NCBI GenBank assembly: GCA_022813965.1
Contig: JALDZS010000041.1
Coordinates: forward strand, 62,001-126,000
Length of the DNA: 64,000 nucleotides
Source: Toensbergia leucococca
Lineage: Eukaryota
Reading direction: 5' to 3'
Shown here: positions 60,952-64,000 of the stretch, in pieces
Layout: each line of letters opens with the position of its first letter
Position numbering within the stretch: position 1 is the first letter of the stretch
The notes under the pieces: generated by a model
Told to the model about the DNA's origin: nothing
The model's input: only the letters and a program-made list of their open reading frames with translations
Databases searched by the model: none
Made by a program: the position numbers and the translations under genes

Positions 60952-62151
60952 CGGAAGTGGACCCACATAAGAAGAGCCATGGCACTGTCTTGTCACCCGC
61001 AATCAGCAACATTTTGACAAGTGAGCAGTAGTAGTCAAAATTAGAATAGAAAACTTCAGATGAAAGATGAAAAGACTCGGATGGTTTCTACATGAGGGGT
61101 CAAAGACTCCTTCAGTATTAGCATGGAGTTTGTTGCATCACTAGCCGTGGGTAGCATACAGACCATGCTACTTTGAAGAATATAGAAAGGCGGCTCACCA
61201 TGAGTATCGTATCAGACATATTGAATTCAGTACCTGAAGCTCTATGATCATGTCCAGTCAGCGAGCTTACAAGCAGACATGCAAACACATGAACAAGGAC
61301 TTGAAGAATTTAGGAGTCAGGTAATCGAACCAGTTTGCTCGTCATTGTAGATCGGCATTTGATAGTACTTGTTTTGTTCATCATTGTATGTAGGTAGAGC
61401 TGGGGTTAAACCGACCATAAACAGAACTTACATATATATGTTCTTGATGATGCAGTGTGTACCCTTTCTAGAATAATGGGATCCTAACAGCAATTAGTAT
61501 TTTTCTCAACTGAACAGATTGACGAGGTTAGATAGTGGCAGCGGCAGAAGGATCAGATAGTCCGTTTGGCTAGGACAGGTACATCACCACAAGAGCTCAA
61601 AGCTCGAAAGTATGATAGGGGCGACACGACGTTCATCACGATATGCGAGGGAAACACAAGGAAGAGAAAAGAATGGAAAGCTCACCAAACAGTGCACAGC
61701 TCGTTCTTCGTCTCTGGCAGTAAATTGTTATAGTCTTATTGATCTTCACTCTACATCAGTTGCATAGTGCTCTCTCATATTGCTGTATCTCATAGCCAAC
61801 TGTCCGTGTCTTAACATTGAAGCTGCAAAGAATCCCGAATGTTAGTAATGATTTGTGGCATGAAAGAATTCTCGAATGAAAACTCAAAAATTAAAGAAAT
61901 TAAGAAATTTCCAGTGTTGAGCTTGGCAGTCTCACCACCCGGCAGAACCGTCACTCCCGCTAATGTTATTTATGCACCGTGCACGGATCTTGCATGTGTG
62001 ACGCTGTTTAACTTCACGAGCACCGTTATAACGCTCTTTCTTCCACCATGTCTCCTGTCGTTCCATCCTCCCTTCTTCCTTCTCATCTCCAAACACCCTC
62101 GTCTCTACCTATTACAGCATATTCAGGCAAGACTGCCTATCATTCCATACC

Positions 62152-63204
62152 ATGTCGGACCGAGATTTCGGCAGTGAGCATCTTTTTCCGTCGGCAGAGC
62201 TCCATTTACTGACCTCGTGGAAGGTGCCGAAGATCTGTCACTGCCAAAGGGTATGTTTATGAAACACTCAGTTGCCTTTCTCGCCTGTCTCCAATTACTT
62301 CTCTGCATTGAAACCTCCACTCTGTACTCTTATCACCGAATATACACACAATGGAGGATGTAAGCTTGAAACGTGCACGGCCCTATGATTCAGACGTGGA
62401 GGAGTCACCAGCCAAGAGGACAGAGGCGGACATTCTTGCTATGTTTGACGAGCTTTTCCAAGAATATCAAGAGGAATTTTCCACTTTAGAAGAGGAATAT
62501 TTCGCTTTAGAAGAGGAATCTTTCGCTCCACAAGAGGAATCTTCCGCTCCACAAGAGGAATCTTCCACTTCAGAACGTCACACGCCTCGATGGTTGCAGA
62601 AATCCCGAGCTGAAAGAGCTGCACATGTGAAGAAAGTAAGGCGGGATAGATTAGCGGTTGGTCGAAGTGGGCGGGGTGCGCAGGTCCCGTAACTACCAGA
62701 CCATTTACTTCCCTATTCAACATCGTCCTCTAGCTTATATCACATCCCGAACGCGCTGCTAATGAGTATTTGCTTTTAGCAACGGTTAAAAAGATCATCA
62801 GCGAAATTCTGGCCAAAGAGGTCGGCGTCTCCGTCGAAAAAGATGCTATCGGCCTTGTCATCAACACTTGCATTGAATACGTCACTCTCATAACGTCTGA
62901 AGCCAATGAGATATCGGAAAAAGAGGCCAAGAAGACCATCGGGCTCGAACATATTGGGAAGGCACTGGATGAATTGGGGTTTTCCGAATTTGTTCCCGAG
63001 GTCATGGCGGCAGGTGAGGAGCACAAAGAGCAAATGAAGGTGAGGCGTCCTAACGGAAGTGGTGACGAAGAAGCACTGATCGTTTAGGGGCGCGAAAAAA
63101 AGACGAGTAAGATGGACCAAAGCGGACTCTCGCACGAGGAGCTCTACGAAAAGCAGCAGGAGCTTCTCAAGGCCTCGGGAGACAAATTTCAGCAGGGTGA
63201 ATAG
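62152..63204 (+). CDS. NCB2: Negative cofactor 2 beta subunit (Dr1, histone fold), 4 exons
   Basis: Exons 62152-62173, 62224-62250, 62780-63039 and 63088-63204 give MSDRDFGSAEDLSLPKATVKKII...ITSEANEISEKEAKKTI..EHI.KAL.ELGF...QSGLSHEEL..KQQEL. Confidence 0.93.
62351..62692 (+). CDS. Putative nested 113-aa ORF inside NCB2 intron 2
   Basis: ATG in cacacaATGG context, protein-like acidic and basic composition, in-frame 7-aa repeats; entirely within intron 62251-62779. Confidence 0.45.
   Translation: MEDVSLKRARPYDSDVEESPAKRTEADILAMFDELFQEYQEEFSTLEEEYFALEEESFAPQEESSAPQEESSTSERHTPRWLQKSRAERAAHVKKVRRDRLAVGRSGRGAQVP
62468..62572 (+). repeat. Five tandem 21-bp repeats ((c/g)aagaggaat.....c.....a)
   Basis: caagaggaattttccacttta / gaagaggaatatttcgcttta / gaagaggaatctttcgctcca / caagaggaatcttccgctcca / caagaggaatcttccacttca. 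Confidence 0.92.
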
Positions 63205-64000
63205 GGTATGAGACATTTAGACGATGAGAAAGCAATTGGTGTTCAGGAGTGACATGGCGTTATCGACTATTGGCCTGGCTGATTTCCGAGAGCTTACTTT
63301 AGAGGCATTCGCGAGGGATGCAGTATACCGTTCTTAGTATTTCAATAGTGTATCTTGTTGAACGAGCCCAGCAGAGTCTACCTCCAAATTCCTAGAGTAT
63401 GATGAATTCACCTTTCCTCCTTCATTCACCATGCCAACCTTCTCTCACTATAAGTATTCTCCCCTACCATAGATATCTTATGTTAAGAAATTGCACTTCT
63501 CTAGCCCTATGCTTAGCGAGTGTAACATATTTGCCTTACCTTAAATGGCAGTTCTCCTCCTTAGCTATAATCAACCGTCATCAACACTGCTCTATATTTA
63601 AGATCGTCTGCTTATTTAAACTTTGCAGCTGCTCAGAGAAAGAACACCAAACACTACACCATTGTACCAGCGCCATTAGAAATCGAACCTAATGTGACTA
63701 TTGAATGAAATGCCACTCGGGCTCATGCTCGGATTCCCCACTTACCTGACTCGTCTAGGCTTAGCTTTGAAACTTGCTCACGGTCTACCATTTGCAGAAG
63801 TATCTTACATATCCTGTTTCGACCTGACTTAAGAGGACGAAGGTTAGGTGGATTTACCTAGCCTATATATACCTATTGATATCCGATTCCTTATTCTTCT
63901 TCTGCAGTTTTCTTGCTGTTGTCAAATTCAGACCGGCTGCCTTTCACTTTCTTCTACATACCAACGGTCTTGTTCTCTATATATACACTGCTGCTCTTCT

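Noticed and set aside
62468..62572. 21-bp repeats as a CRISPR-like array
   Set aside because: Head-to-tail repeats without spacers in a eukaryotic intron; a minisatellite.

Overview
A gene-dense, intron-containing region of a filamentous ascomycete (Pezizomycotina) nuclear genome. No rRNA, tRNA or CRISPR was found. About 30 protein-coding genes were reconstructed by hand-splicing. Housekeeping genes: MZM1, ZUO1, DID2, ENP1, hacA, GCV2, HER2/gatA, SLT11, ERG6, PDB1, ASH2/BRE2, NCB2. Accessory genes: a CYP7-like P450, MFS transporters, an aromatic amino acid decarboxylase, an SprT-like metallopeptidase, a cupin, a caspase-like protease, a DUF6594 membrane protein, F-box-like proteins and FAD oxidoreductases. 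Main candidates: (1) a co-oriented triad of a membrane-anchored caspase-like protease, a small beta-barrel-like protein and a DUF6594 membrane protein, possibly a protease-activated membrane-effector module; (2) a same-strand 113-codon ORF with 21-bp repeats nested in a 529-nt NCB2 intron; (3) hacA with a textbook Ire1 20-nt intron, but a TAA that cuts off the conserved tail of the induced isoform; (4) unusual splicing, with a 6-nt micro-exon, two GC-AG introns and seven AAG acceptors; (5) a TA-flanked MITE, a related perfect palindrome and a pre-miRNA-like hairpin; (6) a recurrent C-rich to G-rich switch at gene 3' ends. Family names come from motif recognition and recall, not from database searches.
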